DNA of 64,000 nt from Octopus vulgaris (lineage: Eukaryota), in NCBI GenBank assembly GCA_951406725.2, contig OX597818.1, forward strand, positions 93,496,001 through 93,560,000. The letters are read 5' to 3'. Under the pieces are notes generated by a model. The model saw only the letters and a list, made by a program, of their open reading frames with translations, was not told the origin of the DNA and ran no database searches. Both the position numbers and the translations under genes were made by a program. Shown here piece by piece: positions 1-12,948 of this stretch. The first letter of the stretch is position 1, and each line of letters begins with the position of its first letter.

Positions 1-638
1 TGCTTTTTTTTGTTGGCATTATATTTCTACACTTTTCTGACTTATGGTTTCTCCTGCCTGACTTTGCATAAGGCCTGGGCCTTTGAATGATAAGTTCAGG
101 TCAATTGACAGGCTTCCACATGATTTCTGTCTATCATATTATACACTGGGTCAATCTTACAATAAAGATTCTTGCCCAAGAAGGCATGCAGTGGGACTGC
201 ATCTTGGAATTCTTGATTGAGAAACAAACTTCTTAGCTATACTCCACCAAGATCATGGTGCTATATATATATATATATATATATATATAAGTACAAAGTG
301 AGATAGGAGTTATGAGTGTAACCCACTATGGGATATCATTTACCCAATATACTGCCAGTGAAGTACCCAAAAGGCTAATACATAAATGCTTACAATTGCA
401 ATGCATTTAGTTCATTTATTGTATTATATGGGCGAAGGTAAAATGTTTTACCTCAAATTCATAATACAAAATAAGAAAATGGAGGAATAGATTCCTTACA
501 ATCATCAACTTACAGATAATAACAATTCATATAATTTATTAACTAATTAAATAGAAACATCCAAATCCAACAGAGTAAAACAGAATATAACACTATACAT
601 GATGATTGTAAGGAATCTATTCCTCCATTTTCTTATTT

Positions 639-694
<56 letters not shown>

Positions 695-1371
695 TATATA
701 AATCCAAAAAAATGGAACACGAACGTAACAGATGACAATGAAAACATATGGACAATAGAAGGATGAACAGAAAAGCCATGTCAGAACATTCGTGGCTTTC
801 TATTCATAAGTCAAGCTTCCAATTATCACTACAGTTTCAGCCTGTTACACTTGAGACTGTTCAAAATTGGTAGGTCCCAAAAATCTAAGCTAAGGACATT
901 AAATTTTTGGAAGAAAGCGGGTGAATATGTGTGACAAAATGGACAAACACAAAAAACGAGAAAATGGAGAGAATGTTACATGATTACTAATACAAACAAC
1001 AAGAATAACAACAGGCATCTTTCGACTAAAAGGACAAGTTAAGTTAAGCTGGCGTGTGGAGTGGAGGCCTTGCGGCAACAAACATTGATGAATGTTAGGA
1101 GACAGAAAAATAAGGTGTTGTGTGAGCAGAGGTCAGGCCAAGAAAGAAAGATCATGCTTGGCCAAGCACTGTCATGTTGGAGGAACAGAAAGAGGTAGGG
1201 AGCAGAGGGATTGAAGAATTGGGGGAGGAACTAGAGAGCAAGTGAGGGGGTACAAGGGAGATAACAGAGGAAAGTAGAGAGATTAAAGAAAGAGAATGCT
1301 AAGAAAGTGAGAGAGGGGGTCGAGAAAAAGAAAAGAGGAAATGTATGTATGTATGTATATATATATATATA

Positions 1372-1681
1372 TCACGTGATCACGTGACTGATCAGGCTAT
1401 CAGATGTTGCTACACATCGCTGGTCACAATGTGCCTCGCATTGTTTTAGCCTTCAAATGATGCCACCCCGCTGGCTAAGCAAGCCGGCTAACAGAATAAA
1501 GAGTGAGAGAAAGTTGCAGCGGAAGAGTACAGCAGGGATCGCCACCACCCCCTGCTGGAGCCTCATGAAGCTTTAGGTGCTTTTGCTCAATAAACACTCA
1601 CAACGCCTGGTCTGGGAATTGAAAATGCGATCCTACAACTGCAAGTCCACTGCCCTAACCACTGGGCCATTGCACCTCCAC
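1372..1681 (-). mobile_element. tRNA-derived SINE
   Basis: 1590-1681 is the reverse complement of the 5800 head. Confidence 0.75.
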
Positions 1682-2034
1682 ATGCATGTATATAATGAAG
1701 GAAAATAGGAACTAAATAAATCTGGGTGAATACCTCAGTAAAAGCATGTAATAAACACAGCTAACAGGATGTTTCAATCAAGGTTATAACAATGCATATA
1801 GATTATCAATAACATGAGACAGGTGCAAACTGTAAATCCAACACTTAGTAATTTGGTATATTAATCACAGGCTTACATCCGTCATGAAATAAAGAAAGAA
1901 GAATGAATAAGTACCAGGCTTTGAAAATAAGTAATGGGGTCTATTTATTTGACTAAAGAGAACCCTTCAAAGCAATGCCCCCAGTATGGCTGCAATCCAA
2001 TGACTGAAACAAGTGAAAGATGACTATGTATATA

Positions 2035-2544
2035 TCATCATCATCATCATCAACGTTTAACATCTGTTTTCCATGCTAGCATGGGTTGGACAGTTCGACC
2101 AGGGCCTTGGAAGCCAGGAGGCTCCACCAGACTCCAGTCTAATTTGGCAGTGTTTCTACAGCTAGATGCCCTTCCTAACGCCAACCACTCCGTGAGTGTA
2201 GTGGGTGCTTTTTACATGCCACTGGCACAGGGGCCAGAGGAGGCTGGCAAACGGCAATGATCAGTTGTAGCTTTTTACGTGTCACTGACACGGACGCCAG
2301 TCAAGGCGGCGCTGGCATCGGCCACGTTTGGATGGTGCTTTTTACATGCAACTACAATTTCCATTGATTTTTATTTTTATGTAGATAAAAATCAATGGAA
2401 ATTGTAGTTGTGATACTCATGCCGGTAGCACGCAAAAAGCACCATCCAAATGTGGCCGATGCCAGCACTGCCTTGACTGGCGTCTGTGCCAATGACACGT
2501 AAAAAGCACCAACCAATCGTGGCCGCTTGCCAGCCTCTGTGCCA

Positions 2545-2545
<1 letters not shown>
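2035..2545. mobile_element. RTE 3' UTR fragment (- strand) with an inverted partial copy
   Basis: (CAT)n, GTTTAAC..CCATGCTAGCATGGGTTGG and GCCCTTCCTAACGCCAACCACTC shared with 14700. Segment 2420-2545 is inverted relative to 2225-2350. Confidence 0.75.
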
Positions 2546-2607
<62 letters not shown>

Positions 2608-2899
2608 GATCTTGCAAGGACTTATAATGCAGTATTCAAAGTTCTAACATGACATCCAGGTTAAGTTGGATATAAAGATCATGTTTTGGTATTAATACTT
2701 CTTCCATTGCAAACTATTAATTTTTCCATAAGCCTGTCGGCCATTTGGGAGCTCTAGGGTCCATGACAGATATTCTTGTCTGCTACGATCTATGTGTGCT
2801 TTTATGCATCAAGTGCCCATATGAGAAGATCTCTCAAGACTAATAATGCAGACATCCCCATTAAGTTGGATTTAAGGATTACCTTTTATATATATATTC

Positions 2900-3334
2900 T
2901 TTTTTTACTCTTACTCTTTTACTTGTTTCAGTCATTTGACTGTGGCTATGCTGGAGCACTGCCTTTAGTCGAGCAAATTGACCCCAGGACTTATTCTTTG
3001 TAAGCCTAGTACTTATTTATTCGGTCTCTTTTGCCGAACTGCTAAGTTACAGGGGCGTAAACACACCAGCATCGGTTGTCAAGTGATGTTGGGAGGACAA
3101 GCACAAACACACAAACATATACACACATGTACAAAAATATATATATATATATATATATATACGTATATACGACGGGCTTCCTTCAGTTTCCGTCTACCAG
3201 ATCCACTCACAAGGCATTGGTTGACCCAAGGCTATGGTAGAAGACACTTACCCAAGGTGCCACACAGTGGGACTAAACCCAGAACCATGTGGTTGGTAAG
3301 CAAGCTACTTACCACACAGCCACTCCTACACCTA
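2900..3334 (-). mobile_element. tRNA-derived SINE with internal TA/CA microsatellite
   Basis: Reverse complement of the 27975-28370 / 31417-31845 family. Confidence 0.85.
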
Positions 3335-4057
3335 TATATATATCATCATCGTTAAAACATCCGCTTTCCATGCTGGCATAGGTTGGATGGCTTGACTGAG
3401 GATTGGCAAGCCAGAAGGCTGTACCAGGCTCCAATATGAAGGTGTGTGGCTTAGTGGTTAGGATAACTGGCTCATGATCATAAGGTCATGAGTTCGATCC
3501 TGAGTGGTGTGTTGTGTTCTTGAGACAAACACTTTATTCCATGTCCACTTTATTTTATGTCCACTCAGCCGGCAGAAATGAGCTGTACATGTAATTCAAA
3601 GGGCCAGCCTTATCACATTCTGTGTGATGCTGAAGCTCCCTGAGAACTATATTAAGGGTACACATGTCTGTTTAGCCTCTTGTACGTTAATTTAACAAGC
3701 AGGAACCCTCATTGTTGGATAAATTGGGACTGTTGTTGTTGTAACCAACAGATTTACTTGTTGTGAATATTGTGAATGGATAGGGATGATAAATCCAGGC
3801 AGGTACTGTTCTGGCTAACTGCATGAAATGATATGGAATAACTGGGAATAATTGAAGGTAAACAATCACTTAGTATTTAACTCAATAGGTAAATCTTGAG
3901 TTTGTTTTGTTGGATTATTAACAGTTTACTGAGTGCATATTCAAGACAATAGAATAAAGATGGTATATTATACATATACACAGTTTTTATTATTATTATT
4001 ATTATGGCCTTTTATACAGTATATTCTCTTTAAACCTCAGTCTGACATATGTTTCTT

Positions 4058-4285
4058 ATTTCTTTACTGCCCTCAAGGGGCTACACACAGAGAGGACAAA
4101 CAAGGACAGACAAATGGATTAAATCGATTATATCGACCCCAGTGCATAACTGGTACTTATTTAATCGACCCCGAAAGGTTGAAAGGCAAAGTCAACCTCG
4201 GCGGAATTTGAACTCAGAACGTAGCAGCAGATGAAATACTGCTAAGCATTTCGCCCGATTTGCTAACATTTCTGCTAGCTTGCCA
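4058..4285 (-). mobile_element. SINE-like repeat, third family (second copy at 52255-52485)
   Basis: Shared CAAGGGGCTACACACAGAG..TTAATCGACCCCGAAAGG..GCTAAGCATTTCGCCCG. Confidence 0.75.
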
Positions 4286-4629
4286 TCTGACATATGTTTC
4301 TGCTGCATAGTAACCAAGTTCTTCATGTAGACAAGTAGCTAACTCGAAATATCAAAATATATTCTAATGTAAATAAATGAAACAGAGATTAAAAAATGAG
4401 GTACTTTTTGACAAGTTATCTGATGAGAGACCACAACTGTTTGTACAGCATCTCACCAGTGAGGCACCAATGCACAATGGATTGAAATGATCAAATTGAA
4501 TAACAAAGAGTCTCATGAATTCTATTTTCTTTCTCTCATATTTCATATGTATACCTATGTATGTATGTATGTGTGTGCGTGTCTGTGTGTGTGTGTATAT
4601 ATATATATAGTTCAAATTTATATATATAT

Positions 4630-5308
4630 TGTTACGGAGGCAAGAAAAAGTAAACGAACAGAAAACATTATGCCCCTTGTTCCATTAGTTGGAACCGAAC
4701 CGGCACTCCAGTCGTTCAGGACAATGGTATTTCCTTTGTCCTGTCAAAGACCATGATTATTAATGATCCTAGGCATTGATCTACAGTCCTAACACAGTCA
4801 CGGAAAGTTTAAAAAAAAATTTAAATGCTACCCGTTATAAATACGGCTAGCATTAAGTTAGTTGGTCAGTCAGCGAGAAACCGTGAGCAGAGCGGACAAG
4901 GGAGTGAGTTGGAGATGGTGGAGTCGACGAGAGGCAGCCAACAAAGATGACAGCCAGGATCTAGAGAGAGACAGACAGTGAGTGTGAGAGATGACTGATC
5001 CCATAAAAACAAAAAAATCAGTGGCAGGCAGAGTCTGTATCAATGTATATCTTCTTGATACCTTAGTAGCTTCTATGTTGGAGTCAAGGCTGCATGTTCT
5101 TTGTCTATCTCCTTAACTTCTTGGAGATTTTAGGTATAATTATACTAATGTGTCCATCTGTTTTAATTTAATCAAATTCTGTCTTTGTGCAACAGAGGAT
5201 TGCTCTGCATTTAAATTGATGTAATAATTGCATTGTTCAATTAAATGGAGTTACATGAAACAATTGTACTGCATTACCTCTGGATATCCTTGTTGCTTAT
5301 TTTGATAT

Positions 5309-5310
<2 letters not shown>
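4630..5310 (+). mobile_element. LTR-like segment between microsatellites
   Basis: Starts TGTTACGG, has TATAAATA at ~4836 and ATTAAA at ~5240. The 3' CA end is not clear. Confidence 0.35.
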
Positions 5311-5342
<32 letters not shown>

Positions 5343-5654
5343 ATATCCATATTGAGGGAATGGAGCAGGTAAAATTCAGGCTACATATGTTTCCTAGCTG
5401 GCAGATCTTCTGATATAATAATTACTTAACAAGGGGTATTCAGCCAGCTACTCATCAGGTTGAGCTACCTTAATTAAATGAAGGTTATGTTGTTTTTAAG
5501 GAATCCCAAGTTAACTTGACACCAATAAATTGTTGTTTCTGAACGTTGTCTTTTATACCTATCACAGACTGCTTGAAGCTTACAAACATCCTACACTTAG
5601 ATCCTTGGATCTTATGGTTACACACACATACACAGACAGACAGACAGGTTACAG

Positions 5655-5668
5655 GCAGACAGACAGAC

Positions 5669-5747
<79 letters not shown>

Positions 5748-5761
5748 CAGACAGATAGATA
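5655..5761. repeat. (GACA)n/(GATA)n microsatellite
   Basis: Seen directly; a second (GATA)n lies at 18143-18271. Confidence 0.95.
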
Positions 5762-5799
5762 CATGCACGAATATTAATGTTTGATCTTTCTTTTTGTAC

Positions 5800-6085
5800 G
5801 TGGAGGCGCAATGGCCCAGTGGTTAGGGCAGCGGACTCGCGGTCGGAGGATCGCGGTTTCGATTCCCAGACCGGGCGTTGTGTGTGTTTATTGAGCGAAA
5901 ACACCTAAAAGTTCTATGACCTCTGTTGTACTCTTCCGCCACAACTTTCTCTCACTCTCACTTCCTGTTTCTTGAGTAACGCTGAGATGGACAGGCGTCC
6001 CGTCCTGCTGGGGGGAACACATACGCTACAGAAACCGAGAAACCGGACCCATGGACCTGGCTAGGCTTGAAAAAGGCGACGTTCG
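5800..6085 (+). mobile_element. tRNA-derived SINE
   Basis: A-box TGGCCCAGTGG and B-box GTTTCGATTCC followed by a non-tRNA body. Related copies at 1372-1681 (-), 10895-11145 (+) and 51375-51645 (-). Confidence 0.8.
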
Positions 6086-6388
6086 TTACGTTCGTTCTTT
6101 TTGTAGTCAAACATTGTGAAAGCATTACTGAATAAATTTATGTTGATTCTACAACTCAAGGGAAAAGTCGACAGTGACTTCGAAACTTTGGCTGTTGTTG
6201 ACTGATGAAGCCTTCAATTGGCAAAACCGAAATCACAACCAGTGAAACTTTACTTTGCAACAAAGTGTGCTAGTGCGTGCACATAAATGCATGTATTTGT
6301 ACATGGATATATGCGTGTTTGTGTTTGTGTGTGTGTGTACACGCACGCGCAGACACGCACGCACACATACATACTTACATACATACAT

Positions 6389-6419
<31 letters not shown>

Positions 6420-6650
6420 GGCAGACAGACAGACAGACAGACACACATTCACACATACATACAGACACACATTCACACATACATACATGGTCTAACATTG
6501 GAGACGATCAAACTTTTTATGACACGCAAACCTGTCTGACAACTCTTGCTCGGACTTTTTCTGTATTTCTTTGTGGGTGGGGATTGAAGCCTAAAACCAT
6601 CACACCCTCAAGGCGATAGATATCAGTCATTTCGGCAACCACTAGTACTA

Positions 6651-6885
6651 TAGGGTGTTCAGAAAGTCCCTCTGCAGTAAGTATTTAAAGGCTTTCGGGC
6701 GATTCTTGTACACTGATCCTTTGCTTGCTCTCCAGACAAAAAGTCTGGCGGTGTTAAATCTGGTGATCTTGGTGGTCAAAGTCCCTTCAAAACAATCCGT
6801 TCACCGAAAACCTCTGGAAATAGCGCCATGATGATGCGCAGGGGGGAAAACAAGTCACTGCGGAGAAACTTTTTGAACACCCACT
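6651..6885 (-). mobile_element. ~235 bp deletion derivative of a Tc1/mariner-superfamily element
   Basis: AGGGTGTTCAGAAAGT ... ACTTTTTGAACACCC TIRs. The internal reverse strand encodes (*)PPRSPDLTPPDF, a decayed WPPRSPDLTP motif. Confidence 0.7.
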
Positions 6886-6899
6886 ATTTTTGTTTTTAC

Positions 6900-6968
6900 A
6901 ATAACAACAATGAGATAGAGAAGGAGGAAAACAAAGGGAGAGGGAGATAGAGACATAGAGAGAGAGAG

Positions 6969-7012
<44 letters not shown>

Positions 7013-7598
7013 TGGCAACAAGCCACGCCTCTTATCTAGAACAAGGTAGTCAGAAAAAGTTGTCGTAGAGAAATTACCCTCCCACCATCTGCTACATATA
7101 CAATTCCTCTTTCCATTTCTCCATTTCGTTGCTTTTCTCTTACCATTCCTCATTTTTCTCTCTAAATACTACTATTCTTTCTACATCGCTAACTCACTCT
7201 CTTCACCTCTCTATCTTTACTATTATTTTCACTTCTCTCACTCACTCTTTCTCTTTCTCTCTCACTCTCTACCTCATACATTATTATATATATATATATT
7301 AGTCACTCTCACTTTCTTTACTTCTCTATCTTCACCATTCTCTCACTTATTCTCTTAGTCTCACTCTAAGCTATTCCCTATATCTCACTCGCTCACTCTC
7401 TTCTGCACTCAGCCGTTACCATTCCCTCCCAGTATATTTCTTACTCTCTTTCTTTTACTCCCTCCAGCCATCCCTTACCCACTCTCTTCACCTCTCTATC
7501 ATTAACGTTCTGTGTATATTTCTCACTCCTTTGCTCTCTTTGTCTCTGTCTCCCTCTGTTTCTGTCTGTTTCTCTCTCTCTTTCTCTCACTCAGCCAT

Positions 7599-7656
<58 letters not shown>

Positions 7657-7994
7657 CATGTATATCCTGCTCACACCCTTTCACCCTCAGCCACTCCCTC
7701 TATATCATTTATTCCCCTCTATCTCTTTAACATTCATTCTCTCTTGTATTTCCTTTATATATCGCTTATTCCCCTCTCTATTTATTCATTCTCTTTCTTT
7801 TTTTACTCACTTTGACACTTAATCGTTTCCATTCTCTTTCACTCTTAATATTCATTCATATTTTTCTCTCTCAATTGTTTAGGCACTCCTCTTTCTCTTC
7901 TGGTTTTCTTATATTTTGCTTGTCTTAACAGACACCGCACTGCATATATAAAACAAGATCTTTTCCAGACGTTGAAAAGGGCCCGCTTTCAACC
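6900..7994 (+). promoter_or_regulatory. Candidate promoter/5' region of the gelsolin-like gene
   Basis: (GA)n at ~6950-7008, ~800 bp CT-rich tract, TATATAAAA at 7945-7953 about 45 nt before the ATG. Alternatively the ATG exon is internal, with acceptors at 7930-7931 or 7967-7968. Confidence 0.35.
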
Positions 7995-8001
7995 ATGAGT
8001 G
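7995..8001 (+). CDS. Gelsolin-like gene, putative first coding exon (Met-Ser-G, 7 nt coding)
   Basis: AACC-ATG-AGT-G followed by consensus donor GTAAGT at 8002. Phase 1 joins the GA at 44470 to give MSG-LRKQKQYDWKDSN, which resembles the MSGLxKxKxYDWKDSN N-terminus of invertebrate gelsolin-like proteins. Confidence 0.75.
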
Positions 8002-8744
8002 GTAAGTTTGGGCAATTTTTTTCCCTTCAGATTTTGCTTCGTTGTTTACTTGCATCACATTATTTTTTGACGTGATTGGATACCGCTCCTACTCATAACA
8101 TAATTATCTTAAAACTATTCCTTAAGGTTTTCACATAAAATTTATAAATGAATGCAATTTAGTCTTCCAAGTTCACATATCAGAGTTGAGAAAAACATTA
8201 AGGGTAATTCTGAAATTCTTTTGAATACACGTAATGACTCTTAAGTAATAGGAAGCTAAATATCTTTCACCATGATTAAGAAACATGTTATTTTCCTGAA
8301 GAAAATTAACAGTTTAACTTTATGCGAATTGTTTTATCTCACTATCAACATCTCTGTCGTCATTCGCACTCTAGTGTGACTTGGTGTCTACGTTTGATGT
8401 CTTACGCTTTTGGTGACTAGGTGCTCATGTACTTATGAGCAATCACAGGCACCCCATCTAACTCGCCCACCCCTCACTCCGGCGGAAGGTCCAAGATGTG
8501 ACAGCTTGGATGGTAGTTCTTTATTTTATCAACTAGTTCTTTATTTTATCAACTCCAGAAGGAGAAAAAGGCAAACTTGTAACCAGTGTGATTTGAATTT
8601 GAAATGTAAAGAGCCCAAATAAATACCACGAATGTATTCTCTTTTACGCGCTAATGATTTGGCTGATTCACCACTTTGAGTTTCACATAGAAAATATATC
8701 ACTCTGGAAAAATTGTATGTGTGTGTGTGTGTAACATGTACATC

Positions 8745-8913
8745 CCTACCACCAACTTTGTTTCCTCATAACTTTCGGAAAAATGAAAATTTTTTAATGA
8801 AATTTTCTACAAATACTTTTCAGATTGTAAATTACGATTATATTAAAATTTAACGTAAAAAAGAAAAATGGTACACACACACAAGAAGAGACGACAAAGG
8901 AATAAACGATTAT

Positions 8914-8982
<69 letters not shown>

Positions 8983-10540
8983 CATACAAACGTACATACA
9001 TATATATATATATACATACGTACATACATACACACATGAAATGAAACATTACATTTTGGAAAAAAAATTGTTGTGTCTGGATGTGCAGTGTTTTTTTAAA
9101 ATTTAATTGTTGTTTTTTTTACATTAAATTCCGATATATATATGTAATCTACCATAATCTGAAAGGTATTTATTGAAAAAAATCATAAAAAATACTCATT
9201 TTTCTGAAAGTTATGAGAAAACAAAGTCGGCTTATTGAATTCTCCGAAACTCCTCTCCCCCACACCTCTAAAAAAAAGAATTTCGCAATAAATTCCGATA
9301 TAATTGTAATCTACACCATCTGAAAGGTATTTGTAAAAAAAAATTAATGGTAAATTTTTACCAACCCAAAGAAATACTCGGTAAGAAACAAAAAAAAGGG
9401 GGCGGTAGGTGTGCTGATTCAGAAATTCCGCCATTATTTGATTACACTTTAAGAGAAAATCGCCCCAGTCATTCATTGTAAATTATAACAAATATTCTGC
9501 TTTTATAATTTGGCTTGCGGTTACGTTGGTTTCGAAGCATTTGTCCATTATTCTTTTTCAGATTGATTTTAAAAGCTACATCTTGTTATCGGGTTGCGGC
9601 CATGCTCGGGCACCGCATTGAAGGATTTAATCGAACAAACCGACCCAGTGCTTATTTTTTTTTTATCCTGATACTTATTCTATCGGAACCTTTGCCGAAC
9701 TGCTAAGTTATGGGGGTGGGGGTAAACAAACCAATACCTATTGTCAAGTGGTTTGAGCGACTAACGAACACAAAGATGCACGCACATAGATATATACATA
9801 TATATACGATTGGCATCTTTCAGTTTCCACTTTCCAAATCCTCTCTCAAGACTTTAGTAGCCCGTAACTATAGTGAAAGAAACTTGCCCAAGTGGGACTG
9901 AATTCGAGACCGCTTGGTTAGTAAACAAGCTTTTAAACCACACAGCCACACACTTACATGTCAATCATTTAGGTAAGTTTTTAGATAAACACACGCACGA
10001 TTTTCACTAAGAAAAAAAAATCGGATTTTTTGCGTGGAATCAAGTGCTCTGACCTCCTAATATGCTGCAAATCCCTTATTTTGGTTCGGAAAGTGGGGGA
10101 GGAGGGGCTGCTCCCCCCCGTCCCGGAATCATTAAAGAAATCCAAATTTTTTTTTTCTTAGTGAAAATCGTGCGGATGTTAATCTAAAAATTTACCGAAC
10201 TTTCCAACAGTCCTCTCCCCATCCCTTAGGAAAAACATTTTCCCCACAAATTTCTTTATAATCGTAATCCATGGTGTTTGAAAGGTGTTTTTATAAAATT
10301 TCAATTAAAGATCTTCATTTTCCTGAAAGTTACGAGGGGGAAAAAAAACGGATCGTGTGAATTTTCCGACAGTCCTCTCCCCAGCCTTTCGGAAAGATTT
10401 CTCCCCAGAAATTTCTTTATAATCGTAATTTCTGCCATGTAAACGGCATTTCTATAAAATTTCGTTAATATATATCCATTTTCCTGAAAGTTATGAGGGA
10501 AAAATCGGATCTTGTGAATTTTCCGAAAGTCGTCTCCCCA
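8745..10540. repeat. Modular repeat region with inverted and tandem ~170 bp units
   Basis: TCCTGAAAGTTATGAG(G/A)AAAA..CGG..GAATTT.CCGA recurs at ~9200, 10320 and 10480 and inverted at ~8755. A second inverted pair lies at 9972-10030 / 10138-10196. Confidence 0.7.
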
Positions 10541-10894
10541 CCCACACCTCGTTCATTTGCGCAAAATTTGTTTTCTTTCATATTCGCTTTCTACACTTCT
10601 TTACACCTAGTAGGCTGGTTTCTTTGTGTGTGTATGTGTGTGTGTGTGTTTTCGTTTATGGGTCTCAAATTGATCAAAGTATATATGAAAGGCTGGCTTA
10701 GCAGCGTTATAGGACCTCCGGCCAAATCAATACACAGGGCCCTATGTGGCAGCCAAGCTACAACATACATAGATCAGAATTGGGCCCCTCGAGCAGTGAG
10801 GCCCCAGGGCCACTACCCAATGTGCTCATTCCTTAAGACACCACTGTGTCTGTGCGTGTGCAAATTTGTTTATATATATATATATACATCTATT

Positions 10895-11145
10895 GTGGAG
10901 GTGCATGGCTTAGTGGTTCGGGTGTCAGCATCATGATCGTAAGATTGTGGTTTCGATTCCTGGACCTGGTGACGCATTGAGTTCTTGAGCAAAACACTTC
11001 ATTTCACATTGCTCCAGTCCACTCTGCTGACAAAAATGAGTAATGCTGCGATGGACTGGCATCCTGTCCAGCTGGGGAACACATGCGCCATTGAAACCGA
11101 GAAACCGGGCCCATGAGCCTGGCTAGGCTTTAAAAGGGCGTATTT
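10895..11145 (+). mobile_element. tRNA-derived SINE
   Basis: TGGCTTAGTGG and GTTTCGATTCC boxes; tail shared with the 5800 copy. Confidence 0.75.
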
Positions 11146-11154
11146 ATTTTTGTT

Positions 11155-11185
<31 letters not shown>

Positions 11186-12339
11186 ACTTAAAGTTATGCT
11201 GTTAATGTTTTGCTGCCAGTGCTCACAAAACAAAATTGTAACAGTAATATATGCACCTACATGTGCGCGTAATACTCGCATGCGCTCTCACATTCAATAA
11301 ATTACTCTTTGTAAGTACAAGCGTGAGTTTGATGTTCGTCTTCCTTTGCTAGTATGGGTGGGACGAATATTATTGAGGTATAGCTTTACAGACGGATGCT
11401 TTCCCTATTCTTTTCTTTTACTTGTTTCTGTCAGTGGACTGTGGCCATGCTGGGGCACCACCTTGAAGGGTTTTTTTGTCGAACACAGTGACCCCTCCCC
11501 CCAGTATTTATTCTTAAAATTCTGGCACTTAGTCTATTCTTGTAACAAACTGTTAAGTTATGGAGACATAAACAAACCAACACCAGTTCTCAAGCAGTGG
11601 GGGACAGACTCACACAATAAATACATACATACACATACACAAACACACACATACACACACTCACACACATAGGTGAAGGCATGGTTGTTTGGTATAAAGC
11701 TTGCATCTCAACCACACGGTCCCATGGCCCACATGGTCCCGGATTCAGCTCCACTGCATCGGCCTCAGGCTGATCAAAGCTTTGTGAGTGGATTTGGATG
11801 ATGGAAGCTGAAAGAATATGTGTGTGTGTGTGTAACTTAGCAGTTGGGCAAAAAAGAACAATAGAATAAGTACCAGGCTTTAAACAAAAAAAAAAATGTA
11901 CTGGGGTCGATTCATTCAACTAAAGATTCTTGAAGGCACTGCCCTAGCATGGCCACAGTCTAATGACTGAAACAGATAAAAAGAAAAAAGAGAACATATG
12001 TACAAACACATACTGTATATGTATGAATATACATACATTTACACACACACACACATACACACAATCAGTAAAATCCAGTCACACACACGCATGTATCATC
12101 ATTGCTGTCATTATTTTAAATTCCACTTTTCAATGTCTGTATGTCTCAGATGGAGTTTATTGAGGCAGGTTTCTACAGCCAGATGCTCTCCATGTTACCA
12201 ACCATCACCTGTTTCCCCTGGCTAGTCATGTTTATGCAGAATGTTGGAAAAGAATGGCATTCATTTACAACAGTCCTACACTTTCAAGATGAAGAACCAC
12301 AAACACACTCACACATACACACAACAGACTTCTTTCAAT

Positions 12340-12632
12340 AGATGCCAGCACTGCCTGATTGGCATCCGTGTCAGTGACACATAAAAGCACCAACCGATCG
12401 TGGTCGTTTGCCAGCCTCCCCTGGCCCCTGTGCCGGTGGCACATAAAAAGCACCCACTACACTCAATGAGTGGTTGGCATTAGGAAGGGCATCCAGCTGT
12501 AGAAACACTGCCAGATCAGACTGGAGCCTGGTGCAACCTCCTGGCTTCCCAGACTCTGGTCAAACTGTCCAACCCATGATAGCATGAAAACGGACGTTAA
12601 ACGATGATGAGGATGATGATGATGATGATGAT
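12340..12632 (+). mobile_element. RTE 3' UTR fragment
   Basis: CACCCACTACACTC..GTGGTTGGC.TTAGGAAGGGCATCCAGC..GGACGTTAAACGATGATG. Confidence 0.75.
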
Positions 12633-12948
12633 AAATCACAAAGCTTTGGTCAGCCCCTCGAGCAAGACACTTGCCTGAGATATGCTGTCAAACTGAACCT
12701 AAAACCTTGAGGTTAGGAAGCAAACTTGTTAATCACACAACCTTGCCTGTGCATATATGTGTGTGTGTGTGTTTATACACAATAATGTTGAACAGTGTGA
12801 ATGAGTATTCAACACTGCATAGCTGGATGAATACTTTCTTTTTTTGTAGAGTCTGTGTATATCCTTAGGTTTCATGCACTGGATATTGCAATGTTCAAAT
12901 TAGAAACAGTGGTAAAACCATCTACATTTCGGACTTGACTACTAAATA

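Noticed and set aside
5800-5880. tRNA-like sequence with A and B boxes
   Set aside because: It continues into a repeated SINE body and has diverged copies elsewhere, so it is a SINE head, not a tRNA gene.
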